A model generated the notes under the pieces. It was not told the DNA's origin. It made no database searches and saw nothing but the letters and a program-made list of their open reading frames with translations. A stretch of DNA of 64,000 nucleotides from Flavobacteriales bacterium (GTDB lineage: Bacteria; Bacteroidota; Bacteroidia; Flavobacteriales; CAJXXR01), in NCBI GenBank assembly GCA_965243605.1, contig CBDEVQ010000100.1, positions 45,888 to 109,887 on the forward strand, read 5' to 3'. Made by a program: the position numbers and the translations under genes. Positions 54,818-64,000 of this stretch are shown piece after piece (the first letter of the stretch is position 1; every line of letters starts with the position of its first letter).

Positions 54818-57199
54818 ATGAGATTACCAAAAAAGTTACTTCTAGTAACTATATTTTTGTTCGGCTTAATTGATGTTTTTGCCCAAACCTATACAATAAG
54901 TGGGTACGTCAAAGATGAAGCCAATGGAGAAGAACTTATTGGTGCTAATGTTGTGGTATCTGATAAGGGTAAAGGCGTAAGTACTAATGTATATGGTTTT
55001 TATTCATTAACCCTACCTAAGGGAAAACACATGGTAAGTGTTACTTATATAGGTTATGCAGAGAAACAGTTAGAAGTCAATTTAGAATCCAACCAATCTA
55101 TTAATATTCAATTAATAGAATCATCTAATGTAATTGATGAAGTTGTATTATCTGATTCAAAAATTGACAATAATGTTAAATCTGTTGAGATTAGTACTGT
55201 AAAAATAGATCCACAAAAAATGAAGCAAATACCTGTTGTATTAGGTGAACAGGATATTATAAAATCATTAACATTATTACCGGGTATATCTACGGCAAGA
55301 GAAGGAGCTAATGGATTTAATGTAAGAGGAGGAAAAGCAGATCAAAACCTAATTTTACTAGATGAATCGTCTGTGTTTAGTTCGTCACACTTATTCGGGT
55401 TCTTTTCCGTTTTTAATTCTGATGCCATAAAAGATGCAACCATGTATAAAGGTGGAATTCCTGCATATTATGGAGGGCGACTATCATCGGTTTTGGATAT
55501 TAGACAGAAAGAAGGAAACATGAAGGAATTTCATGGGGCTGGAGGAATAGGATTGCTTTCAAGCCGCTTAATGTTAGAAAGTCCAATTGTAAAGGATAAA
55601 GGGTCGTTTATGGTAGCAGGACGTCGTTCTTATGCAGATTTATTCTTGCCCTTATCTCCTGATAGCACTATACAGGATTCTAAAATGTATTTTTATGATT
55701 TAAACGTTAAAGGAAACTACATCATAAACGAAAATAATCGCGTGTTCTTATCAGGGTATTTTGGTCGTGATGTTTTTGGATTTTCTGACAGGTTTAACTT
55801 ATCATGGGGAAATACAAACTTCACTGGGCGATGGAATCATGTATATAACCCTAAATTATTTTCGAATCTATCTGTAATCTACTCGCGATATGATTATAGC
55901 TTTGATATACCAGAGATTTTCTTGTGGGATTCTTATGTTGAGGATATTACCATAAATAATAACTACTCATATTATATTAATGACAAGAATACTTTAAAGT
56001 TTGGAGCAAAGGTTTCTAAGTATAAAATTAATCTTGGAGATATTGATTATTCGGATCAAATTGATAGACCAGATTCCCTTTTAGGAATACGACATGGGTA
56101 TGAACCATCTGTGTATATTAGTCATGAAATGCCAATAAATACAAGAATAGATCTTGAATACGGATTGCGCCTAAGCGGATACCTTAATGTTGGTGAACAA
56201 GATGTTGCAATATATGAAGATGGATCTCCACTATATTGGGATTCAGATATTGAAGATTATGTGACCAGAAGACCGATAGAAACGAAACATTACGGAAGTA
56301 ATGAAGTCATTTCAAGTCAATATAAGTTATTGCCTAGGTTGAGAATGCGATATACTCTAGATGAGACTTCTTCTTTAAAATTAGGTTATAATCGTATGAT
56401 GCAAAATATTCATTTAGTGTCTAATGCAACCTCATCAAATCTATTAAATATTTGGTTACCGAATGATCAATATATTGATCCGGAAATGGCAGACCAAATT
56501 TCTATGGGATATTTTAAAAACTTTAGAGACAATATGTATGAGTTTTCTGCAGAAACCTATTACAAATATTTGTCAAACGTTATCGATTATAAAGATTTAC
56601 CGCAATTAAGCCAGAACCCATATATAGAAGGTGAAATACTACCAGGTAAAGGACGTTCGTATGGATTAGAATTATACCTAAAGAAAACAAGAGGTAAATT
56701 AACGGGGTGGGTAAGTTATACTTTATCACGGTCTGAGTTGAAAATTGAGGGATTTGGAGGCGAAGGAGAAGCTGGAATTAATAAAGGGGACTGGTATGCT
56801 GCAGCTCACGATAAGACCCACGATTTATCTATTACAGGTGTATATAGCTTAAGCGATCGATTAACGCTTTCTGCAAATTTTGTTGTATCGTCAGGAATTC
56901 CTGTTAATTATCCAGAAAGTTCATTTACCATAGACAATAAAGATTATGGACATTATAATGGATTAAGAAGTCAACATAGATTATCAACTTATCATCGTAT
57001 AGATGTTGGAGCTACGTTAAAAGGTAAACCAAAAAAATGGGGCGAAACAGAATGGATCTTTGGTATTTATAACTTGTATAACCGTTATAATGCTGCCAGT
57101 ATAGGATTTGTACAAAACGAAGATACTGGACAAAATCAGGTAGAAAAAGTAACCTACTTTGGTGTAATACCTAGTTTAACGTGGAATTTTAAATTTTAA
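54818..57199 (+). CDS. TonB-dependent receptor with CarboxypepD_reg-like N-domain
   Basis: ISGYVKD..GEELIGANV, TNVYGFYSL, plug NVRGG.ADQNLILLD, YKGGIPAYYGGRLSS, C-terminal Phe. Confidence 0.92.
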   Translation: MRLPKKLLLVTIFLFGLIDVFAQTYTISGYVKDEANGEELIGANVVVSDKGKGVSTNVYGFYSLTLPKGKHMVSVTYIGYAEKQLEVNLESNQSINIQLIESSNVIDEVVLSDSKIDNNVKSVEISTVKIDPQKMKQIPVVLGEQDIIKSLTLLPGISTAREGANGFNVRGGKADQNLILLDESSVFSSSHLFGFFSVFNSDAIKDATMYKGGIPAYYGGRLSSVLDIRQKEGNMKEFHGAGGIGLLSSRLMLESPIVKDKGSFMVAGRRSYADLFLPLSPDSTIQDSKMYFYDLNVKGNYIINENNRVFLSGYFGRDVFGFSDRFNLSWGNTNFTGRWNHVYNPKLFSNLSVIYSRYDYSFDIPEIFLWDSYVEDITINNNYSYYINDKNTLKFGAKVSKYKINLGDIDYSDQIDRPDSLLGIRHGYEPSVYISHEMPINTRIDLEYGLRLSGYLNVGEQDVAIYEDGSPLYWDSDIEDYVTRRPIETKHYGSNEVISSQYKLLPRLRMRYTLDETSSLKLGYNRMMQNIHLVSNATSSNLLNIWLPNDQYIDPEMADQISMGYFKNFRDNMYEFSAETYYKYLSNVIDYKDLPQLSQNPYIEGEILPGKGRSYGLELYLKKTRGKLTGWVSYTLSRSELKIEGFGGEGEAGINKGDWYAAAHDKTHDLSITGVYSLSDRLTLSANFVVSSGIPVNYPESSFTIDNKDYGHYNGLRSQHRLSTYHRIDVGATLKGKPKKWGETEWIFGIYNLYNRYNAASIGFVQNEDTGQNQVEKVTYFGVIPSLTWNFKF

Positions 57200-57210
57200 A
57201 ACAAAGAAAC

Positions 57211-58125
57211 ATGAAAGCAATCATACATATACTTGTTTTGGTTTTTGCCATGACATCTTGTACAAGAATAATAGATCTAGATTTAAATGATCAACCTGAA
57301 ACCCGTTTAGTAGTTGATGGTGCAATTATGCATTATGCAAATAATCCGGATAGTGGATATCAAGAAATTGAATTAAGTTATTCAAGATCTTATTTTGATG
57401 ATGTTGAGGATGATAATTCAGTAAGTGGAGCAGTTGTAAAAGTGAAAAACTTAAACACAGAAGAAGAAGTGTTATTTCAAGAGTCTGAAGATCAAAAAGG
57501 GCTTTATTTTACAAATACGTTGAATGGAATTATTGGTCATTCATATGAATTGAATATAGAAGCGACTATAGATAATGAACTTCAGTCTTTTCAAGCTGTA
57601 GATCAAATATCATTTGAAGCCCCTAAAGTGGATTTAATTGTATTAGAAGAATTTGAAGATTTTCTTGGAGAAAATGGAGATAAAACACCATATAGAATTA
57701 CTATAAATTCGTTAAATAATTTAATGCACCATGAATACTTTAAGTTTGAAGTCTTCTTAGATGGAGAATTATTGGTGAATGAAAATCCAAGCCAAAATTT
57801 CTTCTTTTCAATAGTTGATGATGCTTTATTTGGTGATACAATTCGAGAATTTCCCGTATCAGATCAGTTAATTAACGGAGAAGAAGACGATAATACAGAG
57901 CCTCCTTTTGATGTTGAAGTTAAAATGCAAAGCATTAATCAAAAATCTTATTACTATTGGAGAAAGCTCTATGTAAATGCTGTTTCAGGAACAGATACAC
58001 CGCAAACAGAAGTAAGAGGTATAGTAAATAATTTAACACATAATGAACGCTATGCCTTAGGTACATTTATGTGTGGATCTGAAAGCTCTAGAAGACAGGT
58101 TTTTGTTGAGTTTCCAGTAGACTAA
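57211..58125 (+). CDS. DUF4249 family lipoprotein
   Basis: Lipobox MTSC, RLVVDG, SGAVVKV, ALGTF; follows the TonB receptor. Confidence 0.78.
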   Translation: MKAIIHILVLVFAMTSCTRIIDLDLNDQPETRLVVDGAIMHYANNPDSGYQEIELSYSRSYFDDVEDDNSVSGAVVKVKNLNTEEEVLFQESEDQKGLYFTNTLNGIIGHSYELNIEATIDNELQSFQAVDQISFEAPKVDLIVLEEFEDFLGENGDKTPYRITINSLNNLMHHEYFKFEVFLDGELLVNENPSQNFFFSIVDDALFGDTIREFPVSDQLINGEEDDNTEPPFDVEVKMQSINQKSYYYWRKLYVNAVSGTDTPQTEVRGIVNNLTHNERYALGTFMCGSESSRRQVFVEFPVD

Positions 58126-58279
58126 CAAAATAAAAACTACAAAATATGAGTATTTAGAAGGGCTGTAGAGCTTAATTAAGGCTTGTAATTATGTTTTGTA
58201 TTATGTCTTAAACCCTTGTAGATAAAAGAATTATGTAAAATATAAATACTTTAGTTATAGAAAGTTATATTTTTTTACA

Positions 58280-58463
58280 TATCTTTGTCGAATAAATATT
58301 CGATTAAATGTGTATGCTCAAAAGAAATTACAATTGTAAAAAGGCAAATTTATTTAGGAACTCTAAGAGTTTAATATTGATTTTGTGATTGTTAGAAGTG
58401 AAAATACATGTGAATAAAGAAGTCGAATATTTTTTTATTCAAAAATCGAATATTTATTCGATT
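58280..58463 (+). promoter_or_regulatory. Promoter with two putative TetR operators
   Basis: TATCTTTG (58280-87) immediately followed by CGAATAAATATTCG (58289-302); second site AATCGAATATTTATTCGATT (58444-63) just before the SDR start. Confidence 0.75.
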
Positions 58464-58476
58464 AAATTAAGGCGAT

Positions 58477-59415
58477 ATGAAAACAACAAAAATACCAAAG
58501 AATAATTTTAGAAGAGGTTTAAACTGGGGTTGGAGACAAAAAGCAAAAACAAAAACGTGTCCACCAGAGCCAAGGTTAGATCATAAAATTATTGTTATAA
58601 CAGGAGGGAATTCAGGAGTTGGTCTTGAAACGGTTAAGGGTTTACTAGGTCGAGGTGCAGAAGTCATATTCTTAGCAAGGAATAAAGACAAATCTGAAAA
58701 TGTTGTAAAATCTCTAAACGGAAATGTTCATTTTGTACAACTTGATTTGGGCGATTTAGATACTTTGAATACTGCTATAAATGGAATTCAGAACATCTTA
58801 AATGGAAGAAAGATAGATTCATTAATCTGCAATGCAGGAATAGGTGCAAATTATCCACATACATTATCACCTCAAGGGTATGAACTTACATTCTCTGTAA
58901 ACGTATTAGGACATCATGCTTTGTTTAAGGAACTTCATACAAATCAAATCCTATCAAGTGAAGCACATATTATTGCTGTAACTGGCGATTTGTATTTTCA
59001 GGCCGATGATTGCACACCTCATTATGAATATAAGGGCAGTAGAAGCATGCAAGCCTATGCAAGAAGTAAAGTAGGCGTAATGTGGTGGGGATTACAATGC
59101 CATAAACAATACCCTGAATATAAAGTGAATTTAGTTCACCCTGGAGTTATACCAATGGGTCTAGGAGCAGATCAAAATTCAATTATGATTCGAATAATGA
59201 GTGCAATCTTATTATCCCCTGAAGGTGGGGCACAGACCACTTTAAATTGTGTGACCCAACCAGATATAGAGAATGGAGCATATTATCACAATACAATGGG
59301 TAAGGCCATTTTACCTGAAGACGATATTGCATTGGATTTAGGGAAATCGAGCGTGTTTTGGAATACGCTTGAGTCCATCTATGAAGCAGAATACAAGTGT
59401 AAAGAACTTAAATAA
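58477..59415 (+). CDS. SDR oxidoreductase (retinol-dehydrogenase/WWOX-like)
   Basis: TGGNSGVG, LDL, CNAG, VNVLGH, YARSK, VHPG. Confidence 0.9.
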   Translation: MKTTKIPKNNFRRGLNWGWRQKAKTKTCPPEPRLDHKIIVITGGNSGVGLETVKGLLGRGAEVIFLARNKDKSENVVKSLNGNVHFVQLDLGDLDTLNTAINGIQNILNGRKIDSLICNAGIGANYPHTLSPQGYELTFSVNVLGHHALFKELHTNQILSSEAHIIAVTGDLYFQADDCTPHYEYKGSRSMQAYARSKVGVMWWGLQCHKQYPEYKVNLVHPGVIPMGLGADQNSIMIRIMSAILLSPEGGAQTTLNCVTQPDIENGAYYHNTMGKAILPEDDIALDLGKSSVFWNTLESIYEAEYKCKELK

Positions 59416-59421
59416 AAAAAC

Positions 59422-60555
59422 GTGAAAAGAATGTTAATAATAATGCTCTGTATTGTTGGGATTATCTTGTGTTCAGTATTTGTTTTTATTGGTTGTAGCC
59501 CACAGTTTGGTGGGAAACTTTCTAAAAATCAAATCGAAGAATATAGCAACTCTCCTAACTTTAAGGACGGTAAGTTTATCAATAAAGATGAGCTTAATGT
59601 AAGTCCTGAAATTACCTTTTCTGGTTTTATTAAAGGCTTTGGTAGCTTATTTTCTAAAGATTCAACAAACCTAGCCACTAAACCTAAAACAGATTTAAAG
59701 GTAGAGTCAATCCATCCTCCAGATATTTCATCCGTAAAGGATAGTACTCGATTGGTTTGGTTCGGACACTCAACGTTTTTATTACAACTAGAGAATAAAA
59801 ATATTTTGATTGACCCGATGTTCGGAAAAGTGCCATCGCCAATTTCTTGGATTGGTGGAAAAAGATTCAGTTCAACTTTGCCTATGGAAATTGAAAAATT
59901 ACCAAAAATAGATGCCATTCTTCTATCTCATGATCATTATGACCACCTGGATTACGAATCGATTATTATACTAAATGATAAGGTTGATAAATTTTATACA
60001 CCATTAGGTGTTGGTATTCATCTTGAAAAATGGGGTATTGAAAAAGAACGAATTGTAGAATTAGATTGGTGGGGAGAAGTCAAGTTGGATGATCTTATTT
60101 TTAGATGTACACCTTCTCAGCATGCATCAGGTAGAAAGCTAAATGCTATGAGTAATACCTTATGGTCTTCTTGGATTGTTAATTCAGAAAAAATGAACAT
60201 ATTTTTTAGTGGAGATGGAGGGTATGCAGAACATTTTAAACAGATTGGAGATAAATATGGTCCTTTTGATTTTGCCATGTTAGAATGTGGACAATACAAT
60301 GAACAATGGCCACTCTTACATATGTTCCCAGAGCAAACGGCCCAAGCTGGGATAGATCTTAGAGCAAAACAATTTATGCCAATACACTGGGGTGCTTTTA
60401 GATTATCGGATCACGCTTGGCAGGAACCTGTTGAACGTGTAATAGCTGCCGCAAAAAAATTAAATATCCCTGTAATAATCCCTAAAATAGGTGAACCTAT
60501 TTTAATTGAACCTAATATAACCTATTCAAATGAAGAATGGTGGGAAGGGTATTAA
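59422..60555 (+). CDS. MBL-fold hydrolase (RomA/NAPE-PLD-like)
   Basis: WFGHST, LIDP, SHDHYDHLD, PSQH.SGR, FSGD, PIHWG; N-terminal anchor. Confidence 0.9.
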   Translation: MKRMLIIMLCIVGIILCSVFVFIGCSPQFGGKLSKNQIEEYSNSPNFKDGKFINKDELNVSPEITFSGFIKGFGSLFSKDSTNLATKPKTDLKVESIHPPDISSVKDSTRLVWFGHSTFLLQLENKNILIDPMFGKVPSPISWIGGKRFSSTLPMEIEKLPKIDAILLSHDHYDHLDYESIIILNDKVDKFYTPLGVGIHLEKWGIEKERIVELDWWGEVKLDDLIFRCTPSQHASGRKLNAMSNTLWSSWIVNSEKMNIFFSGDGGYAEHFKQIGDKYGPFDFAMLECGQYNEQWPLLHMFPEQTAQAGIDLRAKQFMPIHWGAFRLSDHAWQEPVERVIAAAKKLNIPVIIPKIGEPILIEPNITYSNEEWWEGY

Positions 60556-60581
60556 CAATTATGTTAGAATAAAGTATTTTT

Positions 60582-61802
60582 ATGAAAGACAATAAAATAT
60601 CGGATCTAGAATTTATCGGTATTATGGCATCATTAATGGCACTAGCTGCTATGTCTATAGATGCTTTATTACCTGGTTTAAATGATATTGGAAAAGCCAT
60701 TGGGATTACAGATCCTAAAGACAATCAATTTATTATTACAATTGTTGTTTTAGGTTTGGGTTTTGGGCAACTCGTATCTGGAGCATTATCAGACAGTATT
60801 GGACGTAAACCTGTGATGTATATTGGTTGTATTGTTTTTGCAATAGCGAGCATTATTTGTGTAATGGCAACTAATTTTGAGCTTATGATTGCTGGACGGT
60901 TTTTACAAGGAGTCGGACTTTCGGCCCCACGAAGTGTAAGTACTGCAATTATTAGAGATAAATACAGTGGAAATCAGATGGCAAGAATAATGTCTTATAT
61001 TGTTGTTGTATTCATTTTAGCCCCTGTTATTGCCCCAACTTTTGGGAAAGTGTTACTGGATAGTTTTGGGTGGGAATCCATCTTTTATAGCCAGTTAATT
61101 TTTGGAATTGTTGTGACCATTTGGCTATGGCAAAGACAACCTGAAACACTTAAAAAAGAAGATCAAAAGAAAATGAATTTGGCCCTTTTTTCTAATGGTT
61201 TAAAAGCGTTTTTTAAAATTCCCAAAGCCATCGTATATACAATAATATCAGGTTTAATTTCAGCCCCTTTTTTGGCATATATGAGCGCCAGTCAACAAAT
61301 TTTTTCTCAACAATATAATTTAGAGGATGTATACCCTTACATTTTTTCAGGTTTAGCATTAGGTATAGGCGTTGCTACCTTTCTTAATGGAAAATTAGTT
61401 ATGAAGTACGGTATGCAAAAAATGGCTATGATTCCAATGGTTGCCTTATTGAGTATCTCTTCAATTTATATCGTCTTATTTAGCGGTGAATCAAATCCGG
61501 ATAGTATAGTGTTTATAGGCTTTTTAGCATTAATACTATTTTCTATAGGCTTTATTTTTGGAAACCTAAACGCAATGGCTATGCAACCCATTGGACACAT
61601 TGCAGGAATTGGAGCATCTATTATAGGGTGTGTTTCTACATTAGTTTCTGTACCAATAGCGGCAATAATTGGACAGTTCATTAACAAAACGTCTTTACCT
61701 CTTTTTATAGGCTTTACAGTTTGTACAATACTCTCTATAATAATGATGGCAGTTGTAAATAGAAATTCAGAGCCTTCAACAATATCTTTAAAAACAGAAT
61801 AA
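60582..61802 (+). CDS. Bcr/CflA (DHA1) MFS efflux transporter
   Basis: SIDALLPG, GQLVSGALSDSIGRKP, GRFLQG, IIRD; 12 TM segments. Confidence 0.92.
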   Translation: MKDNKISDLEFIGIMASLMALAAMSIDALLPGLNDIGKAIGITDPKDNQFIITIVVLGLGFGQLVSGALSDSIGRKPVMYIGCIVFAIASIICVMATNFELMIAGRFLQGVGLSAPRSVSTAIIRDKYSGNQMARIMSYIVVVFILAPVIAPTFGKVLLDSFGWESIFYSQLIFGIVVTIWLWQRQPETLKKEDQKKMNLALFSNGLKAFFKIPKAIVYTIISGLISAPFLAYMSASQQIFSQQYNLEDVYPYIFSGLALGIGVATFLNGKLVMKYGMQKMAMIPMVALLSISSIYIVLFSGESNPDSIVFIGFLALILFSIGFIFGNLNAMAMQPIGHIAGIGASIIGCVSTLVSVPIAAIIGQFINKTSLPLFIGFTVCTILSIIMMAVVNRNSEPSTISLKTE

Positions 61803-61825
61803 GAATTCAATAAAATTAGGAAACA

Positions 61826-62752
61826 ATGATTGGAAAAACAAAACAGAAAAACGGTTTAGAGTTATCTAGATTAGGATTAGGATGCATGAGATTATCTATG
61901 AATATGACAGGTCAACCTATAGATCATAAGGAATCTCTAGCAACAATACATAGGGCTTTAGATTTAGGGGTTAACATGTTTAATACTGGAGATTTCTATG
62001 GCGCTGGTGAAAATGAAAAACTAATAGCAGAAGCATTAAAAAGTTGTGATAGAGATAAGGCTTTTATTTCTTTAAAGTACGGAACTTTCGGAAATATGCT
62101 GAAGGGAGAAAATACAGTAGATGTTGGTCCTAAAAATGTAAAAAAATATATTACAGAGTCATTAAAACGTTTAAACGTTGATTATGTAGACTTATACCAA
62201 CCAGCCAGAATTGATATTGGAATTCCTTTAGAAGATACCATTGGAGCGATTTCAGATCTAGTGAAAGAAGGTTACGTACGTCATATTGGATTGTCTGAAG
62301 TAGATGCTGAAACATTAAAAAAAGCACATGCTGTTCACCCGATAAGTCTTGTAGAGCAAGTGTATTCTATTACCGATGAAACGATAGAGGATGCATTATT
62401 ACCTATGGCTAGAGCGTTAGACATTAGTGTGGTTGCATTTGGTATTTTGGGCTTAGGAAAGCTATTTAAATCGCCAGATGATGCATTGGTTAAGGTCATT
62501 CAAGAAATTTCAATGGAGAAGAACATATCCGCTTCACAGCTTGCACATGCATGGATGCTTGCTAAAGGAGATGATATCATTCCACTTATTGGAGCCAGAA
62601 ATGTACAGCAACTAGAAGATTCTATACAAAGTATTAACGTAAGCTTGAACGAAGGGGATATTCTTAAGATTGAAAATGCGAAACGAGAAAGTAAGATAAC
62701 AGGACAAAGTATGCCTAAAATGGTTATTAAGAACGGTATTTTAATACGATAA
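61826..62752 (+). CDS. Aldo/keto reductase
   Basis: LGLGCM, TGDFYG..NE, SLKRLNVDYVDLY, GYVRHIGLSE, IPLIG. Confidence 0.92.
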   Translation: MIGKTKQKNGLELSRLGLGCMRLSMNMTGQPIDHKESLATIHRALDLGVNMFNTGDFYGAGENEKLIAEALKSCDRDKAFISLKYGTFGNMLKGENTVDVGPKNVKKYITESLKRLNVDYVDLYQPARIDIGIPLEDTIGAISDLVKEGYVRHIGLSEVDAETLKKAHAVHPISLVEQVYSITDETIEDALLPMARALDISVVAFGILGLGKLFKSPDDALVKVIQEISMEKNISASQLAHAWMLAKGDDIIPLIGARNVQQLEDSIQSINVSLNEGDILKIENAKRESKITGQSMPKMVIKNGILIR

Positions 62753-62868
62753 ATAAGACAAGTAATAACGAATAATTTTCATCCTGTTTATGGTGAATTA
62801 ATAATATTTCCTCAATATTTTGTTTTCAATAGCTATCTCTGCTATACTATATAGAATGAGATAAAATG

Positions 62869-62901
62869 AAAAAAGCCCATTCTTCCGGATGGGCTTTTTT
62901 T
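62869..62901. terminator. Bidirectional intrinsic terminator
   Basis: AAAAAAGCCCAT...ATGGGCTTTTTTT between convergent genes. Confidence 0.85.
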
Positions 62902-62916
62902 ATAAGAGTACATTTT

Positions 62917-63999
62917 TTATTTCTTTACAATTTTCTTAGTCAGTTTTTGTCCGTTAGAAATGTAATTTACATAATATAAACCGCATGATAAATGTTTAAC
63001 ATCTACTGCTAAATTGGTTTGATTACCAGTAGCAATCGTAAAGTAGTTTTTACCTAATAGATCTGTAATTGTAATTTTAGCATTTGCATTTTGGTTATTT
63101 ATGTTGATGGTAAGTACATCTGATACAGGGTTAGGAGACATGCTAATATCCATTGAATTTAGTTCATTTAAACCTATTCCTGTAGATGTTTCACAATTTG
63201 ATAATAAAATACAACCGTCTTTGGTAATTTCTACAGCATAATTCCCATTTTGAGAAGGTTCAAATGTACTAGATGTTGCTCCTGGTATGGGTTCATTATT
63301 ATTATCACAATCTACCCACTGATAAGAGACCCCTGTTTGGGATTGTGCAGAATAAACACCATTGTAATAAGAAATAATGCTGTTCACAAATATGGCGGTT
63401 AACTCTAAATTAACAATAGAGTCGCAACCTAATGAATTGACTAATATAATTTCGTATTCTCCAGTAGAAGTGAATAATTCACCTCCAACTTCATAATCAT
63501 CTCCAACACATATTTCTATATCTAAATTTGTAGGCGATGAATTATCTAACACAGTAAGGTTAGTATATACAATTGAATCAAAACCACAAATACTAGACAA
63601 TGTATCGGTGAACTCTCCTGTTGTTTCATAAAAATTTCCACCAACATTATAACAGTTTGAAGAGCATATAGTATCTGTTAAATTCGTCTCATACGATTCT
63701 ATCACGTTTAAATTAAGTTGAATAATAGAATCTAGTCCACATTGGTTTGTTAAGCTTTGCTGATAATTTCCTGTCGTGTGATAATACGTTCCTCCAAAAT
63801 TGATACTATCTCCAAAACAAATAGACTTGTTAAAAGAAATTGTGTCTGAGCTAATCACATCTAAATCAATAATGAATAAACTGTCTCCACCAAATATTGT
63901 GGTTAATGTATCTGTATATTCACCAGATACTGAATATATATTGCCAACAGGGCTTGTATAAGACGTACAAACTTCAGTTTTAATATGGTCTTGTGTATT
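62917..63999 (-). CDS. T9SS type A sorting-domain protein with GCDS-type repeats (5' end outside the window)
   Basis: CTD (MSPNPVSD..DLLGK..LSCGLYYV..KKIVKK); about 39-aa repeats; frame stays open from 63858 to the window end. Confidence 0.88.
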   Translation of the reverse strand, partial: NTQDHIKTEVCTSYTSPVGNIYSVSGEYTDTLTTIFGGDSLFIIDLDVISSDTISFNKSICFGDSINFGGTYYHTTGNYQQSLTNQCGLDSIIQLNLNVIESYETNLTDTICSSNCYNVGGNFYETTGEFTDTLSSICGFDSIVYTNLTVLDNSSPTNLDIEICVGDDYEVGGELFTSTGEYEIILVNSLGCDSIVNLELTAIFVNSIISYYNGVYSAQSQTGVSYQWVDCDNNNEPIPGATSSTFEPSQNGNYAVEITKDGCILLSNCETSTGIGLNELNSMDISMSPNPVSDVLTININNQNANAKITITDLLGKNYFTIATGNQTNLAVDVKHLSCGLYYVNYISNGQKLTKKIVKK

Positions 64000-64000
64000 G

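Overview
AT-rich Bacteroidota chromosomal window, probably Flavobacteriales. This call rests on TAnnTTTG promoters, a 16S 3' end GGCTGGAACACCTCCTTT, a T9SS C-terminal domain and a TonB receptor/DUF4249 pair. The left half (1-29.3 kb) is mostly core: GT2, ABC permease, DEDDy exonuclease, CtpA, dCMP deaminase, elbB, trpS, dxr-rseP, ALDH7, lemA, rimP-nusA-infB, rsmA and a complete 16S-tRNA(Ile)-tRNA(Ala)-23S-5S operon. It is interrupted by a LytTR/LytS cassette that brackets two exported lipoproteins. The right half is accessory. Two apparently identical 986-bp IS1595-family elements, each with its own 8-bp target-site duplication (TSD), flank an acyltransferase/ankyrin/AraC-TPR module, a lodA/lodB-like CTQ oxidase pair and an ECF41-azoR-cupin unit. 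After them come tetR-doxX-RND efflux genes, a TonB receptor, an SDR-MBL-MFS-AKR operon and a truncated T9SS repeat protein. Three regulatory circuits can be read directly from the DNA: 21-bp-period LytTR-type repeats, two ECF41-type promoters (TGTCAC-N17-kGTC), and a four-copy palindromic operator CGAATAWWTATTCG linking two detox operons 10 kb apart. No CRISPR, prophage or defence system was recognised. All function calls come from motifs read by eye; no database search was run.
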